A stretch of 45,303 bases of DNA from a virus (taxonomy: Duplodnaviria; Caudoviricetes), in the IMG/VR virus record IMGVR_UViG_3300017766_002047, positions 1 through 45,303 of that record. The stretch is one strand, 5' to 3'. Shown in pieces: positions 33,403 through 41,906 of the stretch. The position numbers were made by a program, and so were the translations under genes. Each line of letters starts with the position of its first letter. Position 1 is the first letter of the stretch. The notes beneath the pieces are model-generated. The model was given only the letters and a program-made list of their open reading frames with translations, was not told the DNA's origin and made no database searches.

Positions 33403-35566
33403 CGTCTGTCTCCTCTGGGGCGTTCAGTTCATCGAGCGTCCGCGCAATTTCCATTTGCGTGCGTGCCTCGTCCATCTCGACACCGGCGGCAGTCGCTTCC
33501 GCGTCCGCGATGTTTTTGACGGCGGCGGAGCGTGCCTGTTGGGCACGAGCATCGTGCTCCGCCGTTTGCGCGCGTAGGCGTGCAATCTCTGCGTCTTTCT
33601 TCGCCAGTTCAAGCTCCATGTCCTTCATGGACAGAGCTTCCATCATCTGCGCCTTCTGGGCGGCTTGGGCGGCGAATTGCTTTTCTTCGTCGGTCATGTC
33701 CTCGGGATCGGTCTGCGCGATGCCGGGCGGCAGCGACGCTTTCAGGCGCTTGGCGACCTTCTCGGCTCCCGGCCAGTCCATGTTTTCGACCATGATATCG
33801 GCGGCGTTCGCCATGATGTTCGGCATGTTGTTCGACATAGCCATCATGCTCTCGACGGCCTCGACGCGCTTCGTCGTGTAGCTCGGGCCGGTCGTGACGG
33901 AGATGCCGTACTTGCCGATCAGGATATCGACGCCGCCCTCTTGGTTGATCTTCTGGAGGTCGGCTGCGCCGTCCGGTCCAAGCGTCGTGATCGTGCGCGC
34001 TGTGTCGTACGTCTCAGGGATCAGTTCGTTGATCGTACGACCGCATTCCTCAATCGAGTTGTTGAGGTTGCTGAAGTAGATCACGGTGCCCAGTTCGCTG
34101 ACGCGCTGGCGGCGGTCGAGCGCCTTGCCCGACACCTCGTTGGAGGTCATCCCGAGGGACGCCTCGTGCATGTTGAGCACGTCCTTGATATCCTGCGTAG
34201 CCATGTTGGCTTCCTGAATGAGCGCGGGCTCAATCTGGGCCGGTTTGACTTCCTGCGGGGCTTGGCCGCTCTCGCCGTTCCAGATCAGGAGCGGGTCGTC
34301 GGTCAGGTGGCTGTTGCGCCACTTGTTCTCTTGGCCTTGGACGGCTTCCTTGGACGCGATCCACTTCGCCTTCGGCGTCTGCATCAGCTTCTCAACGATG
34401 ATCGAGCGCCAGTAGTTGTGGACGCGCTGCGGGTCCTTCGCGAAGCGGATCAGGCCGAACCGATGGCGGTCCTCACCGATGAAGATTTCCCAGCCCGGGA
34501 CGCGGAACACCGGCACGCGGCTGATCGGGAGCTTGTACGGCCCCTCCAGAATGTTCATGGCCGTGAGCGTATACATCTCGGCGTACGGCTTCTTGGCGAT
34601 GCGGAAGTAGGGCGTGCCGTCGGCGCGCTTCGCCGCAAGCTGGGCGATTTGCTGCGGCGTGGTGCCGCCAGCGATCATGTCGGTCACGTCCACGACCTTG
34701 CCCGTCATGCCGTCGAGCATGATGGCGCGATCTTCGGAGCGCATCCGCCAGTAGGACACGATACGCACGGTGTCCTCGGTGATCCAGCCGGTCATCGTCA
34801 GTTGCTGGTAGTAGCTCGCGTCGCCGCCGAACTCGGTCGGGCTGGCGTCGGGATATTTCTCTTTGAACAGCTTGCGGGACATGCGCTCCTCAACGAACAC
34901 ATGGCGCGCGTCGCGGCCAGTCGCTTCGATGGAGAGGTGGTCCCAGACGACCGCGCACGGGTCGGGAAGCTGGATCACGCGGATATCCTGCTCGAATACG
35001 TCGTACGTCGCATAGTCCAGTTCCAGCGCGAAGTTGCCCAGACCGCCGATGACGCTGTTTTTCAGCGCTGTGTCGTACGCGTCGCTCGCGCGGCTGACTT
35101 TCTCGATGTTGCGGATCAGGCCCTCGCGGACGCGGGCCACGGCCTTCGTTCCGTCCTTGTCGGGCACGACTTTGATGACGGTTTCGTTGAGGAGGCGGTT
35201 GCCGACGACCTGTGCGACGAAGGCGGGGAGGCGGTTGATGGTCAGGACGGGCTTCTGGGCACCAAGGCGCTGCGCGCGTTGCGTCGCGTCCCACTGGTCG
35301 CCCACCATGAAGCGGAAATCGTCCACCATCGCCTCGGTATTGAGGAGGTCGGCGGTCACGTCGTTGTTATAGAACTCCACGGCGTCTTTGACGAACGAAT
35401 ACTCGTCGTCATAGTCATCGGGGAGCGTGAAAGTGGCTTTTTCTTCGACTTGGGCGTCGCTGTCGTCTTGTTCGCCCGCGTATGGGTCCGCGCCGGTCGA
35501 GCCTTGCTCTTTGCCGGGGTCTTTTACGCGGCGATCCGCTCGTTCGTCCTCAAGATAGGGTTGCAT
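33377..35566 (-). CDS. Portal protein (P22 gp1-like)
   Basis: GDQW, P.LTINRL, GLIRFAKDPQR..NYW and SGKAL..RQ; 729 aa. Confidence 0.92.
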   Translation of the reverse strand: MQPYLEDERADRRVKDPGKEQGSTGADPYAGEQDDSDAQVEEKATFTLPDDYDDEYSFVKDAVEFYNNDVTADLLNTEAMVDDFRFMVGDQWDATQRAQRLGAQKPVLTINRLPAFVAQVVGNRLLNETVIKVVPDKDGTKAVARVREGLIRNIEKVSRASDAYDTALKNSVIGGLGNFALELDYATYDVFEQDIRVIQLPDPCAVVWDHLSIEATGRDARHVFVEERMSRKLFKEKYPDASPTEFGGDASYYQQLTMTGWITEDTVRIVSYWRMRSEDRAIMLDGMTGKVVDVTDMIAGGTTPQQIAQLAAKRADGTPYFRIAKKPYAEMYTLTAMNILEGPYKLPISRVPVFRVPGWEIFIGEDRHRFGLIRFAKDPQRVHNYWRSIIVEKLMQTPKAKWIASKEAVQGQENKWRNSHLTDDPLLIWNGESGQAPQEVKPAQIEPALIQEANMATQDIKDVLNMHEASLGMTSNEVSGKALDRRQRVSELGTVIYFSNLNNSIEECGRTINELIPETYDTARTITTLGPDGAADLQKINQEGGVDILIGKYGISVTTGPSYTTKRVEAVESMMAMSNNMPNIMANAADIMVENMDWPGAEKVAKRLKASLPPGIAQTDPEDMTDEEKQFAAQAAQKAQMMEALSMKDMELELAKKDAEIARLRAQTAEHDARAQQARSAAVKNIADAEATAAGVEMDEARTQMEIARTLDELNAPEETDDDDQSTDS

Positions 35567-35574
35567 GTTCTACC

Positions 35575-37245
35575 TCAACGTCCCATCCAGCCGTTCGGGG
35601 CTGCGGTGCCCCCTTGGGACAGCGTAGTTTGCGAATGTACCTCCATCGGGGGTGCCCTGTCAATCATATCGAACGAGGGTTTGGGCGGAGGCTTCTTCCA
35701 GTCACCGATATACACAAGATCAGCGAACGTCAAGGCGCACGCGTCGCCCATATCGGGGCTGCGCTGCCCTTTCGAGCGCATTTCCTGCTTCGACACCAGT
35801 TGGAGGTCGTTCGTGAGGGTCGGTTTGATGAGCGCGGACAGCAGATCGGCGTGGAGATCGTCCTGATCGGGGATTTCGACGCCTTCTTCGCTGTCGAGCC
35901 ACCTTTTCAGGCGCTCCCACATCTCCGCCCGGCGGTTGACCGGGCCAGCGACGAGCGGGCGAGCGTTCTTGTGCTGCGATTTCGAGCCGAAGTTGACGGC
36001 GCGCACGCGGTCGCCGTAGCGCGGCCCCTTGGCACGCAGGAAGCCGATGATGTAGCGCCCGGGACCGCCGCTGTCGATGAACACAATGGCCGGGTCGTAC
36101 GTGTCGATCAGGCTGATGATCCAGTCGAGCGCTTCCGGCTCGGTCAGCTTCTGCCGTACGAGCACCTTCTCGATCTTATGCCCGCGACGAAACGCCACAC
36201 AGAAGCGGTCGCCGTTCTTGACGCCCGCCTCGATACCGTCGCCGCCCGGGTCCACGCCCAGAATGAGCGGGCCGGAGGGCTCCAGCTTGCGTTTGCGGGC
36301 TTTCAGGATCGACAGAGCGGAGATCAGGGCCGCTTTCTCCGCCGATTGGAACGCCTCGTCGGGCGTGGCCGGGTATTCCTGCTTGAAAGCGCCGGGGCCA
36401 CCAAGCTCCTGCATCTTCATGCGCCGCCAGTACATCTGGCCCATGTCGAGGCCGAACATTTCGGCGTACTCGGCGTCCGAATAGTCGCCGTCCACGGGGG
36501 TGGCGTCGAGTTCAAAGCCCGGCGGGGGCTCGCGGCGGTATTCCGGCGTCCAGAACCACGGGATGAACACCGCGATGTAGTCGCCAATGCCGCGCACGGC
36601 GTCCTGCCACTTCTCGTAGAACTGGCCCTCGGGTCCGTTGGCCGTGCTTTCGAGGAAGATTTCCGTGCCCGGCAGGAGCGGGACGGCCTGCACGGACGCC
36701 TTGAAGTGGTCGGTGTCGTTCTTCCAGAAGCCCACCTCGGAGCCGTGGAAGATCGTGATCGTCGTGCCCCGGCCTGACGCCTTCGACCCGGCGGTCGCCA
36801 CGGTGTACTTCGACTTCAGCCGCTCGAATGAGAGTTCCTTCACGTTCGACTTGCCCGTCGTCGGGGCAACCGGGTTGTGAAGGTGGTAGCGCTCGGCCAT
36901 CGCGAAGATGCCTTCGGCGGATTTCTGCTCGTGCGACAAAATGTACGCGTGGACGTTGGGCCACAGGGAGGTGCGCCAGTAGAACCGACCCTCAACGTAG
37001 GTCGAGATGCCCTGCTGTCGGCCCTTCAGGACCAGCACGCGGACGAAGCCCTTCTCGCGGCGCTGCTGCTCGACACGGTTGTGGAGGTACATCTGCGGGG
37101 CGTTGAGCGTGAACGGCACGAGGTTGCCGCCCTTGTCGAGCACCTTCAGGTTCTGCTCCGCGAACTTGGGGAACTCTCCGCGCCACCGGCGGATTTGCTC
37201 CTTGGCCTGCATGAGCTTGGGGTCGTTTACGCGATGGACTGCCAA
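35575..37245 (-). CDS. terL: Terminase large subunit
   Basis: LKGRQQGIST Walker A, HGSEVGFW, ESTANG, GVDPG and SPDMGDA nuclease motifs. Confidence 0.95.
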   Translation of the reverse strand: MAVHRVNDPKLMQAKEQIRRWRGEFPKFAEQNLKVLDKGGNLVPFTLNAPQMYLHNRVEQQRREKGFVRVLVLKGRQQGISTYVEGRFYWRTSLWPNVHAYILSHEQKSAEGIFAMAERYHLHNPVAPTTGKSNVKELSFERLKSKYTVATAGSKASGRGTTITIFHGSEVGFWKNDTDHFKASVQAVPLLPGTEIFLESTANGPEGQFYEKWQDAVRGIGDYIAVFIPWFWTPEYRREPPPGFELDATPVDGDYSDAEYAEMFGLDMGQMYWRRMKMQELGGPGAFKQEYPATPDEAFQSAEKAALISALSILKARKRKLEPSGPLILGVDPGGDGIEAGVKNGDRFCVAFRRGHKIEKVLVRQKLTEPEALDWIISLIDTYDPAIVFIDSGGPGRYIIGFLRAKGPRYGDRVRAVNFGSKSQHKNARPLVAGPVNRRAEMWERLKRWLDSEEGVEIPDQDDLHADLLSALIKPTLTNDLQLVSKQEMRSKGQRSPDMGDACALTFADLVYIGDWKKPPPKPSFDMIDRAPPMEVHSQTTLSQGGTAAPNGWMGR

Positions 37246-37535
37246 AACACCACTCCGAACTCAGCGCCCTTGGGCAACTTCTTGATTTCGCTCACGTTTG
37301 TCAGACCTTCCAGCTTGCGCGTGTCGATCATCAGCAGGCTGGCGGCGACCGACCAGTTGCCCGAGAAGGCGTACCACTGGCAGCGCTTGGACTTGTCGTT
37401 CGGATCGACCGGCACGGGCACCGGGGTCTTGGCGAACTCGGCTGCTACCCGGGCGAGCGGGTCGGGCAGTTCGCCCCAGCTTGTCTCGTCAAGCGGGTCG
37501 TAATCTTTGGGGTTCGCGTTACGCCACAGGTCCAT
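37227..37535 (-). CDS. Hypothetical protein
   Basis: GGAGG RBS before ATG 37535. Confidence 0.65.
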   Translation of the reverse strand: MDLWRNANPKDYDPLDETSWGELPDPLARVAAEFAKTPVPVPVDPNDKSKRCQWYAFSGNWSVAASLLMIDTRKLEGLTNVSEIKKLPKGAEFGVVFWQSIA

Positions 37536-37618
37536 GTGCTGCCTCCAAATGGACGGCGGGCTGACCCCGGAGGCATGAGGGCCAGCCCGCCAAGGGTCGC
37601 GTCGCCGCAACCCCATTT

Positions 37619-37990
37619 CTACGCGGGTTCATAATCCACGTCAATCGCATCTTCTTCGTCAACGCCGAAAATAACATCTTCGATGCTGCGCCGGTCATCG
37701 ACCTCGACGTGGCGGGGCAGGAGCTTGGGCAGGAGCTTGGTGTAGAACTCGCCCCGGTTCTTGTCCGCCCAGACGGCGAGGGCCGCGTGCCCGCCGATGC
37801 TCTCGTAGGCGAAGGCGATCCCGGCCTGCATGTGCTTCCGGTCGATACGTGCCAGTAGCTGCTGATTGTCGCCGCGCAGGGCGATGGGCAGGTTGTCGTA
37901 AGCAGCCGCCAGTTCCTTAGCCGCGTCGTTCTGACGGACTTCGATCTGGGCCTCTGGGGGCGGGGGAGGGGGTACGGTGAGTTCGGTCAT
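37619..37990 (-). CDS. Putative terminase small subunit
   Basis: GG..ALA.WA..N..EFY.KLLPKLLP motif; upstream of terL. Confidence 0.6.
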   Translation of the reverse strand: MTELTVPPPPPPEAQIEVRQNDAAKELAAAYDNLPIALRGDNQQLLARIDRKHMQAGIAFAYESIGGHAALAVWADKNRGEFYTKLLPKLLPRHVEVDDRRSIEDVIFGVDEEDAIDVDYEPA

Positions 37991-37996
37991 GAGAAG

Positions 37997-38025
37997 TATT
38001 TACACTCTGCCGTACGGAGCGTCAA
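37997..38025 (-). promoter_or_regulatory. Putative sigma70 promoter giving a leaderless terS mRNA
   Basis: TTGACG-N17-TAAATA; ATG begins 7 nt after the -10 box; no SD. Confidence 0.55.
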
Positions 38026-38411
38026 CTGTCGTCGTCGGAAAATTCGTTAACTGCGTCGTCCACGCCCCACGGTGCGTTCCGCTTCAGCCAGTGGCTGAGC
38101 CCGCCCGGGGTCAGGTCCATGCCGCGCGCTATGTCTCGATCCGTCATGCCCGCCTTGCGCCCGGCCTGCACGAGACGCAGCCGGAACACGATGATCTCGG
38201 CTGCTATGCCGCCCTGCTTGGTGCGTGTCCGCTTCCGGTTGTCGCGTAGGAGGGCCAGCACGTCCTCGGCCTCTGGGTGCCGGTGCATCCACTGGTTGAG
38301 GGCGGGCGCGCTGAGCTTCAACCGCTCGGCTGCTTCGGCCCCGTTGAGCCCTTCGGCGGCGAGCGCGACGAGCGCCTTGAGCCGGGCCTTGTTGCGATCT
38401 TCTCGGTTCAT
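38022..38411 (-). CDS. Double helix-turn-helix DNA-binding protein
   Basis: GLNGAEAAERLKLSAPALNQW and GMTDRDIARGMDLTPGGLSHW; ATGA overlap at 38411. Confidence 0.7.
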   Translation of the reverse strand: MNREDRNKARLKALVALAAEGLNGAEAAERLKLSAPALNQWMHRHPEAEDVLALLRDNRKRTRTKQGGIAAEIIVFRLRLVQAGRKAGMTDRDIARGMDLTPGGLSHWLKRNAPWGVDDAVNEFSDDDS

Positions 38412-38854
38412 CCGCGCGACCCCGGCAGTGCGACGAAGTTGCAGCCCCCGCCGGTGTTGCGGTCGTGCTTCGCGGCGCACGAGATGGCCTGCCGGGCGGA
38501 GGCTCCGAACTGCATGGCCCCGAGGGCGTACTCCGCACCGGAGCCGATGGCGAAGAACTTGCCCTCGATCTTGTAGCCGCCGAAGCGGTCGTGGAACTCG
38601 ACGGTGCCGTCGGGTCGTACGATCAGCACGTCGATATCGTCGTCGGGGTTCGACCCCATGTGCGGCTTGAAGCCCTGCTCCCCGTTGAGGAACCACGTCG
38701 TGTACCGATGCAGGAGCGAGTTCACGCCGCACCCGCCGATCAGCGCGCCGTCCTTGCGCTTGTGGACCTTGCGGAAGCGGTAGCTCGAAAGCTCGCCTGC
38801 CGTTGCCTGCCTGTCACCCGCGAGGATGCCGTCCCGGTACGCGATGGTGGTCAT
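38408..38854 (-). CDS. HslV/proteasome beta-subunit-like Ntn peptidase
   Basis: N-terminal (M)TTIA, AGDRQ.T, K, AIGSG..YALGAM and D..TGG. Confidence 0.8.
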   Translation of the reverse strand: MTTIAYRDGILAGDRQATAGELSSYRFRKVHKRKDGALIGGCGVNSLLHRYTTWFLNGEQGFKPHMGSNPDDDIDVLIVRPDGTVEFHDRFGGYKIEGKFFAIGSGAEYALGAMQFGASARQAISCAAKHDRNTGGGCNFVALPGSRG

Positions 38855-38857
38855 GGC

Positions 38858-39073
38858 TCACCGCTTCGGCTTGGTGGTCTTGGCCTTGGCAGCAGCAGCG
38901 TTCTGGCGGGCGATGGCCTCCGCGATGGCCTTCTGCACCGCCGGGTCCTTGGACCGCTCGATGCTCGGGCCTGCGACCTTGCCGGTCACGACCGTCTTGG
39001 GGTCGGGCTTCGGCGGCGGGGGCTTGGGCTTCCCGCTCATTGCGTCGCTCAGGGTTTTGTACGGATCGGCCAT
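38858..39073 (-). CDS. Small basic hypothetical protein (first late gene)
   Basis: AAGGAGG RBS. Confidence 0.7.
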   Translation of the reverse strand: MADPYKTLSDAMSGKPKPPPPKPDPKTVVTGKVAGPSIERSKDPAVQKAIAEAIARQNAAAAKAKTTKPKR

Positions 39074-39202
39074 GTGTGCCTCCTTCGATTGGACCTAAGC
39101 ATCATACCGACCGCTACGCCGAATGGCAAGCTCAGAACCAGCCAGCCCAGCAGAAATTCCATGAGGCACCTCGTGTGAAAATTTTGTGGAATTTTTGCGG
39201 TA

Positions 39203-39220
39203 TAGCTGCTGGGCTGTCAA
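39203..39220 (-). promoter_or_regulatory. Putative late-operon promoter element TTGACAGCCCAGCAGCTA
   Basis: Perfect -35 box; near-identical copy before the lysis genes. Confidence 0.5.
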
Positions 39221-39351
39221 GTCTATGAGGAGTGTAAATGCTTCGCTGCTGGGCGTCTTAGCACCCCTAAAATTGGTGGTATAGTTTATGCCTCGACATT
39301 AGCGAAGCCTCCCGCTCTCCCCCCGAACCACCCCCCGGGTCATTTGGTTAA

Positions 39352-39595
39352 TTGGCACGCGTCTTGCTTAGCAGCCCAGCCAGCCTAGCCGCTATGACTT
39401 GGCACGCGTATTGCATTAGCACTGTCCATGCCATCGCTGCTTGGCACGCTTCTTGCGTTGTCATGCAATGTGCCAAGCCGCTTGGCATGATCCTTGCCCA
39501 CGCAACCCTTGTGCCGTACGTCATGACCACACAGCAGCTAAGGGCTTGGCCGCTTGGCAACTTGGCATGGTTCTTGTCGGCAAGGATCGTGCCAC
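39352..39595. promoter_or_regulatory. Array of sigma54 (RpoN) -24/-12 consensus sites in both orientations
   Basis: Plus strand starts: 39352, 39399, 39441, 39482 and near-match 39562. Minus strand starts: 39434, 39517, 39595 and near-match 39476. Confidence 0.85.
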
Positions 39596-40034
39596 CTACC
39601 CAGAACAAAACATGAAAACGCTCCAGATCGCGAAGTCGAGAGGCTCGGCTACCCTAGCAGCCCAGACCGCTAACGCTTATGGGTGACGCTCTAATAGCGA
39701 TTGAGAGGGGGTGCATATTTTGCCGCTTGGCCGCCGGGCGGGCGGGGGTGAGCCGTACGGCGGGAGGAGGCGGGGTCACGCGTACGCGTTCTGTGGGGGA
39801 TGGAAGTCTGTAATTACAAGCGAGGATATAGAGAGGGGTTTATATATCAGCAGGTGTAATAACAGTGTTGGTAGGGTCACAAGGGGGAGAGTTGCCCAGC
39901 AGCCCAGCAGCCTAGAAAGATAATGGCGATTACAGCAAAAAAGATGCAGCTTTATCGTTTAGCGATATGTACTCTGCTAATCCTTCCTGTATGGTTGGCT
40001 TATCGAAAGACGGACACACAAGGAACTGGCGACC

Positions 40035-40331
40035 ATGACCGAACAAGGAATGCTGCAAAAGCTCATTCGCACCTGCAAGGCAAACGGGGCAACTCTGTTT
40101 CGTATCCATGAGGGTGAGGACTGGGCTTGTGAGCCGACCTCCAATGAGCGGCAGCTTATGGACGCCGCTAACTCAACCGGCGAGGACAACCTTTACTGTT
40201 ATGACGCCGACGGCACGCGTCTGGGCCGCTTCTATCTGGTCTGGGGCAATGACCCCAGCGGCGAGGAGTTGATCGCGGACTACGGTATCACCCCGTTCAC
40301 TGAGGCGGTTGACGCCGCTATGCGAGCCTGA
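40035..40331 (+). CDS. Early hypothetical protein
   Basis: AAGGA RBS; first gene of the rightward early cluster. Confidence 0.75.
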   Translation: MTEQGMLQKLIRTCKANGATLFRIHEGEDWACEPTSNERQLMDAANSTGEDNLYCYDADGTRLGRFYLVWGNDPSGEELIADYGITPFTEAVDAAMRA

Positions 40332-40333
40332 CA

Positions 40334-40363
40334 ACCCCGGGAGGGGGCAACCCCTCCCAACCC
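40334..40363 (+). repeat. 30-bp intergenic direct repeat, copy 1 (GNRA hairpin)
   Basis: ACCCCGGGAGGGGGCAACCCCTCCCAACCC, identical to 41170-41199. Confidence 0.9.
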
Positions 40364-40380
40364 TTTCAAGGATCACGACA

Positions 40381-41163
40381 ATGCTGCAACCTGACCTCCC
40401 TGTTTACCCCGTGCCCGCGCTTGTGCCCCCGTGCCCGGCGATCATTGCCAAAGCGCCGCGCGGCCCAGACCGCCCGACGGAGGAGCAATACGGCGACTTT
40501 CAAGCGGCGTACGACTTCTTTAACCGGGAGTTGTTTGAGGGGCGCTTGCCGCAATGCCTCATAACGCTGGTCCGCTCGCGACGCTTTCGCGGCTACTTCC
40601 TGACGGAAGGCTTTGCGTCGGCTGACGGCGAGGGGCGCAAAACGGACGAGATCGCCATGAACCCGGAGAGCTTCGCCGGTCGCACGGATAAGGCGATCCT
40701 CTCTACGCTAGTGCATGAGATGACACACCTTGAGCAATACCATTTCGGCAAGCCTTCGCCGGGCGGGTATCATAACAAGGAATGGGGCACGCTCATGAAG
40801 CGCGTCGGGCTCTACCCGTCCAACACTGGCGCGCTTATGGGCAAGGAAACGGGCGTCCAGATGACGCATTACATTCTGGAAAAGGAAGCCTTTTGCGTCG
40901 CGGCTGACAAGCTGATCGCGTCGGGCTGGTCTATCCGCTGGCGCACCCCGTCCGACCTCCTCTTGGCCGCTGCGGGCGGTCTGTCCAGCTTCGTGCCCCC
41001 GTCCATGCCCCAACTGACGGGCAAGCGCGCCGTAGCCAAGCGCGCCAGCAAAACCCGCTACACCTGCCCAGTGAGCGGCGCTAACGCTTGGGGCAAGCCC
41101 GGGCTGACGCTATACACTGCGGAGGGCGCTGCAACGCTGCAACCCATGCGAGAGGAGGACTAG
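40381..41163 (+). CDS. SprT-like zinc metalloprotease
   Basis: AYDFFNRELF, EIAMNP, STLVHEMTH and YHNKEW. Confidence 0.85.
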   Translation: MLQPDLPVYPVPALVPPCPAIIAKAPRGPDRPTEEQYGDFQAAYDFFNRELFEGRLPQCLITLVRSRRFRGYFLTEGFASADGEGRKTDEIAMNPESFAGRTDKAILSTLVHEMTHLEQYHFGKPSPGGYHNKEWGTLMKRVGLYPSNTGALMGKETGVQMTHYILEKEAFCVAADKLIASGWSIRWRTPSDLLLAAAGGLSSFVPPSMPQLTGKRAVAKRASKTRYTCPVSGANAWGKPGLTLYTAEGAATLQPMREED

Positions 41164-41169
41164 ACCGCC

Positions 41170-41199
41170 ACCCCGGGAGGGGGCAACCCCTCCCAACCC
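41170..41199 (+). repeat. 30-bp intergenic direct repeat, copy 2
   Basis: Identical to 40334-40363. Confidence 0.9.
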
Positions 41200-41229
41200 C
41201 TCAACCGTACGACACAAGGAACTAGACCC

Positions 41230-41445
41230 ATGACCCGACCCACTGCAATTCCCGAGCGCTCAACGTGGCGCGTAGAGTATCGCGACGCCAACACGGGCAA
41301 CGCGTGGCGCGACTGGGGATGCCCCCTCATGACCGAGCGCGGATGCCGCGCAATGGTCAAGCACCGCGAGACGGTATCCGCCCAGCTTGCCGCGCCGTTC
41401 GTCTTTCGAGCGTACGACACAGCAGCCGCACGCGTGGAGGCTTAA
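41230..41445 (+). CDS. Early hypothetical protein
   Basis: AAGGA RBS. Confidence 0.65.
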   Translation: MTRPTAIPERSTWRVEYRDANTGNAWRDWGCPLMTERGCRAMVKHRETVSAQLAAPFVFRAYDTAAARVEA

Positions 41446-41448
41446 CGC

Positions 41449-41661
41449 ATGGGTATCGTTTCACCCTTCCGACCCGGCGACCGCGTACGCGTCGCCAGCA
41501 TGAACCCGGGGGAGCGCTGGTATATGGCGCGCATAGTGACCCCGCACGCCAACGGCCAAGCGTCCATCCAACGCGAGGACAACGGCACGCGCGGCCTAGT
41601 CGCTAACCGAGACTGCACCCTTTCACCTGACGCGCCGCACGGCGCAACCTGCAAGGCTTGA
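41449..41661 (+). CDS. Early hypothetical protein (SH3/KOW-like)
   Basis: GGAGG RBS; FRPGDRVRV. Confidence 0.6.
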   Translation: MGIVSPFRPGDRVRVASMNPGERWYMARIVTPHANGQASIQREDNGTRGLVANRDCTLSPDAPHGATCKA

Positions 41662-41663
41662 CC

Positions 41664-41906
41664 ATGACCCGCGACACTGAAAAGACCATTGCGAAGGCGC
41701 ACGGGCTCCGCGTGTTTGAATGCACGGACATGGGGCCGGATGACGGCAACCGCTTCTTCGTTGAGACGTACGACACGCACTACAGCGCCTCTGTCCTTTG
41801 CGCCTATTGCGAGGGCGAGCTTGACGGCGGATCGCGTGGCGTGAAGCGCCTGACCGCCGCGCAAGTGTCGTGGCTCCAAGAGATCGACGGAGGGCTTGAC
41901 CAGTGA
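41664..41906 (+). CDS. Early hypothetical protein
   Basis: Tightly packed ORF. Confidence 0.6.
   Translation: MTRDTEKTIAKAHGLRVFECTDMGPDDGNRFFVETYDTHYSASVLCAYCEGELDGGSRGVKRLTAAQVSWLQEIDGGLDQ

Noticed and set aside
18337-36777. Long plus-strand ORFs opposite the structural genes (e.g. 25886-28066, 33665-35866, 30955-32331)
   Set aside because: These are antisense shadows expected from high-GC codon bias; they have no motifs or RBS
38022-38411. Lysogeny repressor or temperate lifestyle
   Set aside because: The HTH gene is inside the late operon, and no integrase, parA or cI/cro divergent pair was seen
39352-39595. CRISPR-like mini-array
   Set aside because: The repeats are only 17 bp, degenerate in the middle, present on both strands and fit GG-N10-GC; there is no cas operon
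39348-39686. Short ORFs overlapping the sigma54 array
   Set aside because: They have no RBS, and their odd Trp/His/Cys-rich translations simply reflect the DNA motif
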